A stretch of DNA of 64,000 nucleotides. Origin: Eledone cirrhosa (taxonomy: Eukaryota). The position numbers and the translations under genes are program-made. The notes under the pieces were generated by a model. It saw only the letters and a list, made by a program, of their open reading frames with translations. It was not told where the DNA came from and did no database searches. The stretch spans positions 279,806,001 to 279,870,000 of the forward strand of contig OZ024740.1 of NCBI GenBank assembly GCA_964016885.1, written 5' to 3'. Below are positions 11,866 to 23,800 of the stretch, piece by piece. Position 1 is the stretch's first letter, and each line of letters starts with the position of its first letter.

Positions 11866-14800
11866 TCATTGACTGTGTGTGGTGTGATTTTCAAGAAAAG
11901 CTGCCCATGCTAAATGCGGAAGCTGAAGTCCACCAGCGAATGGTGTGCTTCGAAGAAACGAATCACAAAAATGCGAATTTGCCGGCGGAGTTACCTTTTC
12001 GATCGTGGGCCGGCCGCCTATGGTCGCATCGATCTGTAATTACTGGTCCATGTGCAGACACACATTTGCTGTGTGTGGTGTGATTTTCAAGAAAAACTGC
12101 CCATGCTAAATGAGGAAGCTAAAGTCCGGCGGCGAATGGTGTGCTTCGAAGAAAACGAATCACAAAAATGACTATTTACCGGCGGAGTTACCTTTTCGAT
12201 CGTGGGCCGGCCGCCTGTGGTCGGATCGATCTGTAATTACTGGTCCATGTGCAGATACACATTTGCTCTGTGTGGTGTGATTTTCACGAAACGTTGCCCA
12301 TGCTAAATGCGGAAGCTGAAGTCCACCAGCGAATGGTGTGCTTCGAAGAAACGAATCACAAAAATGCGAATTTGCCGGCGGAGTTACCTTTTCAATCGTG
12401 GGCCGGCCGCCTGTGGTCGGATCGATCTATAATTACTGGTATATGTGCAAACACTCATTGACTGTGTGTGGTGTGATTTTCAAGAAACGCTGCCCATGCT
12501 AAATGCGGAAGCTGAAGTCTACCAGCGAATGGTGTGCTTCGAAGAAACGAATCACAAAAATGCGAATTTGCCGGCGGAGTTACCTTTTCGATCGTGGGCC
12601 GGCCGCCCGTGGTCGGATCGATCTGTAATTACTGGTACATATGCAGACACTCATTGAGTGTGTGTGGTGTGATTTTCAAGAAAAGCTGCCCATGCTAAAT
12701 GCGGAAGCTGAAGACCACCAGCGAATGGTGTGCTTCGAAGAAACGAATCACAAAAATGCGAATTTGCCGGCGGAGTTACGTTTTCGATCGTGGGCCGGCC
12801 GCCTATGGTCGGATCGATCTGTAATTACTGGTCCATGTGCAGACACACATTTGCTGTGTGTGGTGTGATTTTCAAGAAAAGCTGCCCATGCTAAATGCGG
12901 AAGCTGAAGTCCACCAGCGAATGGTGTGCTTCGAAGAAACGAATCACAAAAATGCGAATTTGCCGGCGGAGTTACCTTTTCGATCGTGGGCCGGCCGCCT
13001 ATGGTCGGATCGATCTGTAATTACTGGTCCATGTGCAGACACACATTTGCTGTGTGTGGTGTGATTTTCAAGAAAAGCTGCCCATGCTAAATGCGGAAGC
13101 TGAAGTCCACCAGCGAATGGTGTGCTTCGAAGAAACGAATCACAAAAATGCGAATTTGCCGGCGGAGTTACCTTTTCGATCGTGGGCCGGCCGCCCGTGG
13201 TCGGATCGATCTGTAATTACTGGTACATGTGCAGACACTCATTGACTGTGTGTGGTGTGATTTTCAAGAAAAGCTGCCCATGCTAAATGCGGAAGCTGAA
13301 GTCCACCAGCGAATGGTGTGCTTCGAAGAAACGAATCACAAAAATGCGAATTTGCCGGCGGAGTTACCTTTTCGATCGTGGGCCGGCCGCCTATGGTCGG
13401 ATCGATCTGTAATTACTGGTCCACGTGCAGACACAAATTTGCTGTGTGTGGTGTGATTTTCAAGAAAAGCTGCCCATGCTAAATGCGGAAGCTGAAGTCC
13501 ACCAGCGAATGGTGTGCTTCGAAGAAACGAATCACAAAAATGCGAATTTGCCGGCGGAGTTACCTTTTCGAAAGTGGGCCGGCCGCCTGTGGTCGGATCG
13601 ATCTGTAATTACTGGTATATGTGCAGACACTCATTGGCTGTGTGTGGTGTGATTTTGAAGAAAAGCTGCCCATGCTAAATGAGGAAGCTGAAGTCCACCA
13701 GCGAATGGTGTGCTTCGAAGAAACGAATCACAAAAATGCGAATTTGCCGGCGGAGTTACCTTTTCGATCGTGGGCCGGCCGCCCGTGGTCGGATCGATCT
13801 GTAATTACTGGTATATGTGCAGACACTCATTGGCTGTGTGTGGTGTGATGTTCAAGAAAAGCTGCCCATGCTAAATGAGGAAGCTAAAGTCCGGCGGCGA
13901 ATGGTGTGCTTCGAAGAAAACGAATCACAAAAATGACTATTTACCGGCGGAGTTACCTTTTCGATCGTGGGCCGGCCGCCTGTGGTCGGATCGATCTGTA
14001 ATTACTGGTCCATGTGCAGATACACATTTGCTCTGTCTGGTGTGATTTTCACGAAACGTTGCCCATGCTAAATGCGGAAGCTGAAGTCCACCAGCGAATG
14101 GTGTGCTTCGAAGAAACGAATCACAAAAATGCGAATTTGCCGGCGGAGTTACCTTTTCAATCGTGGGCCGGCCGCCTGTGGTCGGATCGATCTATAATTA
14201 CTGGTATATGTGCAAACACTCATTGACTGTGTGTGGTGTGATTTTCAAGAAACGCTGCCCATGCTAAATGCGGAAGCTGAAGTCTACCAGCGAATGGTGT
14301 GCTTCGAAGAAACGAATCACAAAAATGCGAATTTGCCGGCGGAGTTACGTTTTCGATCGTGGGCCGGCCGCCTATGGTCGGATCGATCTGTAATTACTGG
14401 TCCATGTGCAGACACACATTTGCTGTGTGTGGTGTGATTTTCAAGAAAAGCTGCCCATGCTAAATGCGGAAGCTGAAGTCCACCAGCGAATGGTGTGCTT
14501 CGAAGAAACGAATCACAAAAATGCGAATTTGCCGGCGGAGTTACCTTTTCGATCGTGGGCCGGCCGCCTATGGTCAGATCGATCTGTAATTACTGGTCCA
14601 TGTGCAGACACACATTTGCTGTGTGTGGTGTGATTTTCAAGAAAAGCTGCCCATGCTAAATGCGGAAGCTGAAGTCCACCAGCGAATGGTGTGCTTCGAA
14701 GAAACGAATCACAAAAATGCGAATTTGCCGGCGGAGTTACCTTTTCGATCGTGGGCCGGCCGCCCGTGGTCGGATCGATCTGTAATTACTGGTACATGTG

Positions 14801-17800
14801 CAGACACTCATTGACTGTGTGTGGTGTGATTTTCAAGAAAAGCTGCCCATGCTAAATGCGGAAGCTGAAGTCCACCAGCGAATGGTGTGCTTCGAAGAAA
14901 CGAATCACAAAAATGCGAATTTGCCGGCGGAGTTACCTTTTCGATCGTGGGCCGGCCGCCTATGGTCGGATCGATCTGTAATTACTGGTCCATGTGCAGA
15001 CACAAATTTGCTGTGTGTGGTGTGATTTTCAAGAAATGCTGCCCATGCTAAATGCGGAAGCTGAAGTCCACCAGCGAATGGTGTGCTTCGAAGAAACGAA
15101 TCACAAAAATGCGAATTTGCCGGCGGAGTTACCTTTTCGAAAGTGGGCCGGCCGCCTGTGGTCGGATCGATCTGTAATTACTGGTATATGTGCAGACACT
15201 CATTGGCTGTGTGTGGTGTGATTTTCAAGAAAAGCTGCCCATGCTAAATGAGGAAGCTGAAGTCCACCAGCGAATGGTGTGCTTCGAAGAAACGAATCAC
15301 AAAAATGCGAATTTGCCGGCGGAGTTACCTTTTCGATCGTGGGCCGGCCGCCCGTGGTCGGATCGATCTGTAATTACTGGTATATGTGCAGACACTCATT
15401 GGCTGTGTGTGGTGTGATGTTCAAGAAAAGCTGCCCATGCTAAATGCGGAAGCTGAAGTCCACCAGCGAATGGTGTGCTTCGAAGAAACGAATCACAAAA
15501 ATGCGAATTTGCCGGCGGAGTTACCTTTTCGATCGTGGGCCGGCCGCCTGTGGTCGGATCGATCTGTAATAACTGGTATATGTGCAGACACTCATTGACT
15601 GTGTGTGGTGTGATTTTCAAGAAAAGCTGCCCATGCTAAATGCGGAAGCTGAAGTCCACCAGCGAATGGTGTGCTTCGAAGAAACGAATCACAAAAATGC
15701 GAATTTGCCGGCGGAGTTACCTTTTCGATCGTGGGCCGGCCGCCTATGGTCGCATCGATCTGTAATTACTGGTCCATGTGCAGACACACATTTGCTGTGT
15801 GTGGTGTGATTTTCAAGAAAAACTGCCCATGCTAAATGAGGAAGCTAAAGTCCGGCGGCGAATGGTGTGCTTCGAAGAAAACGAATCACAAAAATGACTA
15901 TTTACCGGCGGAGTTACCTTTTCGATCGTGGGCCGGCCGCCTGTGGTCGGATCGATCTGTAATTACTGGTCCATGTGCAGATACACATTTGCTCTGTGTG
16001 GTGTGATTTTCACGAAACGTTGCCCATGCTAAATGCGGAAGCTGAAGTCCACCAGCGAATGGTGTGCTTCGAAGAAACGAATCACAAAAATGCGAATTTG
16101 CCGGCGGAGTTACCTTTTCAATCGTGGGCCGGCCGCCTGTGGTCGGATCGATCTATAATTACTGGTATATGTGCAAACACTCATTGACTGTGTGTGGTGT
16201 GATTTTCAAGAAACGCTGCCCATGCTAAATGCGGAAGCTGAAGTCTACCAGCGAATGGTGTGCTTCGAAGAAACGAATCACAAAAATGCGAATTTGCCGG
16301 CGGAGTTACCTTTTCGATCGTGGGCCGGCCGCCCGTGGTCGGATCGATCTGTAATTACTGGTACATATGCAGACACTCATTGACTGTGTGTGGTGTGATT
16401 TTCAAGAAAAGCTGCCCATGCTAAATGCGGAAGCTGAAGACCACCAGCGAATGGTGTGCTTCGAAGAAACGAATCACAAAAATGCGAATTTGCCGGCGGA
16501 GTTACGTTTTCGATCGTGGGCCGGCCGCCTATGGTCGGATCGATCTGTAATTACTGGTCCATGTGCAGACACACATTTGCTGTGTGTGGTGTGATTTTCA
16601 AGAAAAGCTGCCCATGCTAAATGCGGAAGCTGAAGTCCACCAGCGAATGGTGTGCTTCGAAGAAACGAATCACAAAAATGCGAATTTGCCGGCGGAGTTA
16701 CCTTTTCGATCGTGGGCCGGCCGCCCGTGGTCGGATCGATCTGTAATTACTGGTACATGTGCAGACACTCATTGACTGTGTGTGGTGTGATTTTCAAGAA
16801 AAGCTGCCCATGCTAAATGCGGAAGCTGAAGTCCACCAGCGAATGGTGTGCTTCGAAGAAACGAATCACAAAAATGCGAATTTGCCGGCGGAGTTACCTT
16901 TTCGATCGTGGGCCGGCCGCCTATGGTCGGATCGATCTGTAATTACTGGTCCATGTGCAGACACAAATTTGCTGTGTGTGGTGTGATTTTCAAGAAAAGC
17001 TGCCCATGCTAAATGCGGAAGCTGAAGTCCACCAGCGAATGGTGTGCTTCGAAGAAACGAATCACAAAAATGCGAATTTGCCGGCGGAGTTACCTTTTCG
17101 AAAGTGGGCCGGCCGCCTGTGGTCGGATCGATCTGTAATTACTGGTATATGTGCAGACACTCATTGGCTGTGTGTGGTGTGATTTTCAAGAAAAGCTGCC
17201 CATGCTAAATGAGGAAGCTGAAGTCCACCAGCGAATGGTGTGCTTCGAAGAAACGAATCACAAAAATGCGAATTTGCCGGCGGAGTTACCTTTTCGATCG
17301 TGGGCCGGCCGCCCGTGGTCGGATCGATCTGTAATTACTGGTATATGTGCAGACACTCATTGGCTGTGTGTGGTGTGATGTTCAAGAAAAGCTGCCCATG
17401 CTAAATGCGGAAGCTGAAGTCCACCAGCGAATGGTGTGCTTCGAAGAAACGAATCACAAAAATGCGAATTTGCCGGCGGAGTTACCTTTTCGATCGTGGG
17501 CCGGCCGCCTATGGTCGGATCGATCTGTAATTACTGGTCCACGTGCAGACACAAATTTGCTGTGTGTGGTGTGATTTTCAAGAAAAGCTGCCCATGCTAA
17601 ATGCGGAAGCTGAAGTCCACCAGCGAATGGTGTGCTTCGAAGAAACGAATCACAAAAATGCGAATTTGCCGGCGGAGTTACCTTTTCGAAAGTGGGCCGG
17701 CCGCCTGTGGTCGGATCGATCTGTAATTACTGGTATATGTGCAGACACTCATTGGCTGTGTGTGGTGTGATTTTGAAGAAAAGCTGCCCATGCTAAATGA

Positions 17801-20800
17801 GGAAGCTGAAGTCCACCAGCGAATGGTGTGCTTCGAAGAAACGAATCACAAAAATGCGAATTTGCCGGCGGAGTTACCTTTTCGATCGTGGGCCGGCCGC
17901 CCGTGGTCGGATCGATCTGTAATTACTGGTATATGTGCAGACACTCATTGGCTGTGTGTGGTGTGATGTTCAAGAAAAGCTGCCCATGCTAAATGAGGAA
18001 GCTAAAGTCCGGCGGCGAATGGTGTGCTTCGAAGAAAACGAATCACAAAAATGACTATTTACCGGCGGAGTTACCTTTTCGATCGTGGGCCGGCCGCCTG
18101 TGGTCGGATCGATCTGTAATTACTGGTCCATGTGCAGATACACATTTGCTCTGTCTGGTGTGATTTTCACGAAACGTTGCCCATGCTAAATGCGGAAGCT
18201 GAAGTCCACCAGCGAATGGTGTGCTTCGAAGAAACGAATCACAAAAATGCGAATTTGCCGGCGGAGTTACCTTTTCAATCGTGGGCCGGCCGCCTGTGGT
18301 CGGATCGATCTATAATTACTGGTATATGTGCAAACACTCATTGACTGTGTGTGGTGTGATTTTCAAGAAACGCTGCCCATGCTAAATGCGGAAGCTGAAG
18401 TCTACCAGCGAATGGTGTGCTTCGAAGAAACGAATCACAAAAATGCGAATTTGCCGGCGGAGTTACGTTTTCGATCGTGGGCCGGCCGCCTATGGTCGGA
18501 TCGATCTGTAATTACTGGTCCATGTGCAGACACACATTTGCTGTGTGTGGTGTGATTTTCAAGAAAAGCTGCCCATGCTAAATGCGGAAGCTGAAGTCCA
18601 CCAGCGAATGGTGTGCTTCGAAGAAACGAATCACAAAAATGCGAATTTGCCGGCGGAGTTACCTTTTCGATCGTGGGCCGGCCGCCTATGGTCAGATCGA
18701 TCTGTAATTACTGGTCCATGTGCAGACACACATTTGCTGTGTGTGGTGTGATTTTCAAGAAAAGCTGCCCATGCTAAATGCGGAAGCTGAAGTCCACCAG
18801 CGAATGGTGTGCTTCGAAGAAACGAATCACAAAAATGCGAATTTGCCGGCGGAGTTACCTTTTCGATCGTGGGCCGGCCGCCCGTGGTCGGATCGATCTG
18901 TAATTACTGGTACATGTGCAGACACTCATTGACTGTGTGTGGTGTGATTTTCAAGAAAAGCTGCCCATGCTAAATGCGGAAGCTGAAGTCCACCAGCGAA
19001 TGGTGTGCTTCGAAGAAACGAATCACAAAAATGCGAATTTGCCGGCGGAGTTACCTTTTCGATCGTGGGCCGGCCGCCTATGGTCGGATCGATCTGTAAT
19101 TACTGGTCCATGTGCAGACACAAATTTGCTGTGTGTGGTGTGATTTTCAAGAAATGCTGCCCATGCTAAATGCGGAAGCTGAAGTCCACCAGCGAATGGT
19201 GTGCTTCGAAGAAACGAATCACAAAAATGCGAATTTGCCGGCGGAGTTACCTTTTCGAAAGTGGGCCGGCCGCCTGTGGTCGGATCGATCTGTAATTACT
19301 GGTATATGTGCAGACACTCATTGGCTGTGTGTGGTGTGATTTTCAAGAAAAGCTGCCCATGCTAAATGAGGAAGCTGAAGTCCACCAGCGAATGGTGTGC
19401 TTCGAAGAAACGAATCACAAAAATGCGAATTTGCCGGCGGAGTTACCTTTTCGATCGTGGGCCGGCCGCCCGTGGTCGGATCGATCTGTAATTACTGGTA
19501 TATGTGCAGACACTCATTGGCTGTGTGTGGTGTGATGTTCAAGAAAAGCTGCCCATGCTAAATGCGGAAGCTGAAGTCCACCAGCGAATGGTGTGCTTCG
19601 AAGAAACGAATCACAAAAATGCGAATTTGCCGGCGGAGTTACCTTTTCGATCGTGGGCCGGCCGCCTGTGGTCGGATCGATCTGTAATAACTGGTATATG
19701 TGCAGACACTCATTGACTGTGTGTGGTGTGATTTTCAAGAAAAGCTGCCCATGCTAAATGCGGAAGCTGAAGTCCACCAGCGAATGGTGTGCTTCGAAGA
19801 AACGAATCACAAAAATGCGAATTTGCCGGCGGAGTTACCTTTTCGATCGTGGGCCGGCCGCCTATGGTCGCATCGATCTGTAATTACTGGTCCATGTGCA
19901 GACACACATTTGCTGTGTGTGGTGTGATTTTCAAGAAAAACTGCCCATGCTAAATGAGGAAGCTAAAGTCCGGCGGCGAATGGTGTGCTTCGAAGAAAAC
20001 GAATCACAAAAATGACTATTTACCGGCGGAGTTACCTTTTCGATCGTGGGCCGGCCGCCTGTGGTCGGATCGATCTGTAATTACTGGTCCATGTGCAGAT
20101 ACACATTTGCTCTGTGTGGTGTGATTTTCACGAAACGTTGCCCATGCTAAATGCGGAAGCTGAAGTCCACCAGCGAATGGTGTGCTTCGAAGAAACGAAT
20201 CACAAAAATGCGAATTTGCCGGCGGAGTTACCTTTTCAATCGTGGGCCGGCCGCCTGTGGTCGGATCGATCTATAATTACTGGTATATGTGCAAACACTC
20301 ATTGACTGTGTGTGGTGTGATTTTCAAGAAACGCTGCCCATGCTAAATGCGGAAGCTGAAGTCTACCAGCGAATGGTGTGCTTCGAAGAAACGAATCACA
20401 AAAATGCGAATTTGCCGGCGGAGTTACCTTTTCGATCGTGGGCCGGCCGCCCGTGGTCGGATCGATCTGTAATTACTGGTACATATGCAGACACTCATTG
20501 ACTGTGTGTGGTGTGATTTTCAAGAAAAGCTGCCCATGCTAAATGCGGAAGCTGAAGACCACCAGCGAATGGTGTGCTTCGAAGAAACGAATCACAAAAA
20601 TGCGAATTTGCCGGCGGAGTTACGTTTTCGATCGTGGGCCGGCCGCCTATGGTCGGATCGATCTGTAATTACTGGTCCATGTGCAGACACACATTTGCTG
20701 TGTGTGGTGTGATTTTCAAGAAAAGCTGCCCATGCTAAATGCGGAAGCTGAAGTCCACCAGCGAATGGTGTGCTTCGAAGAAACGAATCACAAAAATGCG

Positions 20801-23800
20801 AATTTGCCGGCGGAGTTACCTTTTCGATCGTGGGCCGGCCGCCCGTGGTCGGATCGATCTGTAATTACTGGTACATGTGCAGACACTCATTGACTGTGTG
20901 TGGTGTGATTTTCAAGAAAAGCTGCCCATGCTAAATGCGGAAGCTGAAGTCCACCAGCGAATGGTGTGCTTCGAAGAAACGAATCACAAAAATGCGAATT
21001 TGCCGGCGGAGTTACCTTTTCGATCGTGGGCCGGCCGCCTATGGTCGGATCGATCTGTAATTACTGGTCCATGTGCAGACACAAATTTGCTGTGTGTGGT
21101 GTGATTTTCAAGAAAAGCTGCCCATGCTAAATGCGGAAGCTGAAGTCCACCAGCGAATGGTGTGCTTCGAAGAAACGAATCACAAAAATGCGAATTTGCC
21201 GGCGGAGTTACCTTTTCGAAAGTGGGCCGGCCGCCTGTGGTCGGATCGATCTGTAATTACTGGTATATGTGCAGACACTCATTGGCTGTGTGTGGTGTGA
21301 TTTTCAAGAAAAGCTGCCCATGCTAAATGAGGAAGCTGAAGTCCACCAGCGAATGGTGTGCTTCGAAGAAACGAATCACAAAAATGCGAATTTGCCGGCG
21401 GAGTTACCTTTTCGATCGTGGGCCGGCCGCCCGTGGTCGGATCGATCTGTAATTACTGGTATATGTGCAGACACTCATTGGCTGTGTGTGGTGTGATGTT
21501 CAAGAAAAGCTGCCCATGCTAAATGCGGAAGCTGAAGTCCACCAGCGAATGGTGTGCTTCGAAGAAACGAATCACAAAAATGCGAATTTGCCGGCGGAGT
21601 TACGTTTTCGATCGTGGGCCGGCCGCCTGTGGTCGGATCGATCTGTAATAACTGGTATATGTGCAGACACTCATTGACTGTGTGTGGTGTGATTTTCAAG
21701 AAAAGCTGCCCATGCTAAATGGGGAAGCTGAAGTCCACCAGCGAATGGTGTGCTTCGAAGAAACGAATCACAAAAATGCGAATTTGCCGGCGGAGTTACC
21801 TTTTCGATCGTGGGCCGGCCGCCTATGGTCGCATCGATCTGTAATTACTGGTCCATGTGCAGACACACATTTGCTGTGTGTGGTGTGATTTTCAAGAAAA
21901 ACTGCCCATGCTAAATGAGGAAGCTAAAGTCCGGCGGCGAATGGTGTGCTTCGAAGAAAACGAATCACAAAAATGACTATTTACCGGCGGAGTTACCTTT
22001 TCGATCGTGGGCCGGCCGCCCGTGGTCGGATCGATCTGTAATTACTGGTACATGTGCAGACACTCATTGACTGTGTGTGGTGTGATTTTCAAGAAAAGCT
22101 GCCCATGCTAAATGCGGAAGCTGAAGTCCACCAGCGAATGGTGTGCTTCGAAGAAACGAATCACAAAAATGCGAATTTGCCGGCGGAGTTACCTTTTCGA
22201 TCGTGGGCCGGCCGCCTATGGTCGGATCGATCTGTAATTACTGGTCCATGTGCAGACACAAATTTGCTGTGTGTGGTGTGATTTTCAAGAAAAGCTGCCC
22301 ATGCTAAATGCGGAAGCTGAAGTCCACCAGCGAATGGTGTGCTTCGAAGAAACGAATCACAAAAATGCGAATTTGCCGGCGGAGTTACCTTTTCGAAAGT
22401 GGGCCGGCCGCCTGTGGTCGGATCGATCTGTAATTACTGGTATATGTGCAGACACTCATTGGCTGTGTGTGGTGTGATTTTCAAGAAAAGCTGCCCATGC
22501 TAAATGAGGAAGCTGAAGTCCACCAGCGAATGGTGTGCTTCGAAGAAACGAATCACAAAAATGCGAATTTGCCGGCGGAGTTACCTTTTCGATCGTGGGC
22601 CGGCCGCCCGTGGTCGGATCGATCTGTAATTACTGGTATATGTGCAGACACTCATTGGCTGTGTGTGGTGTGATGTTCAAGAAAAGCTGCCCATGCTAAA
22701 TGCGGAAGCTGAAGTCCACCAGCGAATGGTGTGCTTCGAAGAAACGAATCACAAAAATGCGAATTTGCCGGCGGAGTTACCTTTTCGATCGTGGGCCGGC
22801 CGCCTGTGGTCGGATCGATCTGTAATAACTGGTATATGTGCAGACACTCATTGACTGTGTGTGGTGTGATTTTCAAGAAAAGCTGCCCATGCTAAATGGG
22901 GAAGCTGAAGTCCACCAGCGAATGGTGTGCTTCGAAGAAACGAATCACAAAAATGCGAATTTGCCGGCGGAGTTACCTTTTCGATCGTGGGCCGGCCGCC
23001 TATGGTCGCATCGATCTGTAATTACTGGTCCATGTGCAGACACACATTTGCTGTGTGTGGTGTGATTTTCAAGAAAAACTGCCCATGCTAAATGAGGAAG
23101 CTAAAGTCCGGCGGCGAATGGTGTGCTTCGAAGAAAACGAATCACAAAAATGACTATTTACCGGCGGAGTTACCTTTTCGATCGTGGGCCGGCCGCCTGT
23201 GGTCGGATCGATCTGTAATTACTGGTCCATGTGCAGATACACATTTGCTCTGTGTGGTTTGATTTTCACGAAACGTTGCCCATGCTAAATGCGGAAGCTG
23301 AAGTCCACCAGCGAATGGTGTGCTTCGAAGAAACGAATCACAAAAATGCGAATTTGCCGGCGGAGTTACCTTTTCAATCGTGGGCCGGCCGCCTGTGGTC
23401 GGATCGATCTATAATTACTGGTATATGTGCAAACACTCATTGACTGTGTGTGGTGTGATTTTCAAGAAACGCTGCCCATGCTAAATGCGGAAGCTGAAGT
23501 CTACCAGCGAATGGTGTGCTTCGAAGAAACGAATCACAAAAATGCGAATTTGCCGGCGGAGTTACCTTTTCGATCGTGGGCCGGCCGCCCGTGGTCGGAT
23601 CGATCTGTAATTACTGGTACATATGTAGACACTCATTGACTGTGTGTGGTGTGATTTTCAAGAAAAGCTGCCCATGCTAAATGCGGAAGCTGAAGACCAC
23701 CAGCGAATGGTGTGCTTCGAAGAAACGAATCACAAAAATGCGAATTTGCCGGCGGAGTTACGTTTTCGATCGTGGGCCGGCCGCCTATGGTCGGATCGAT

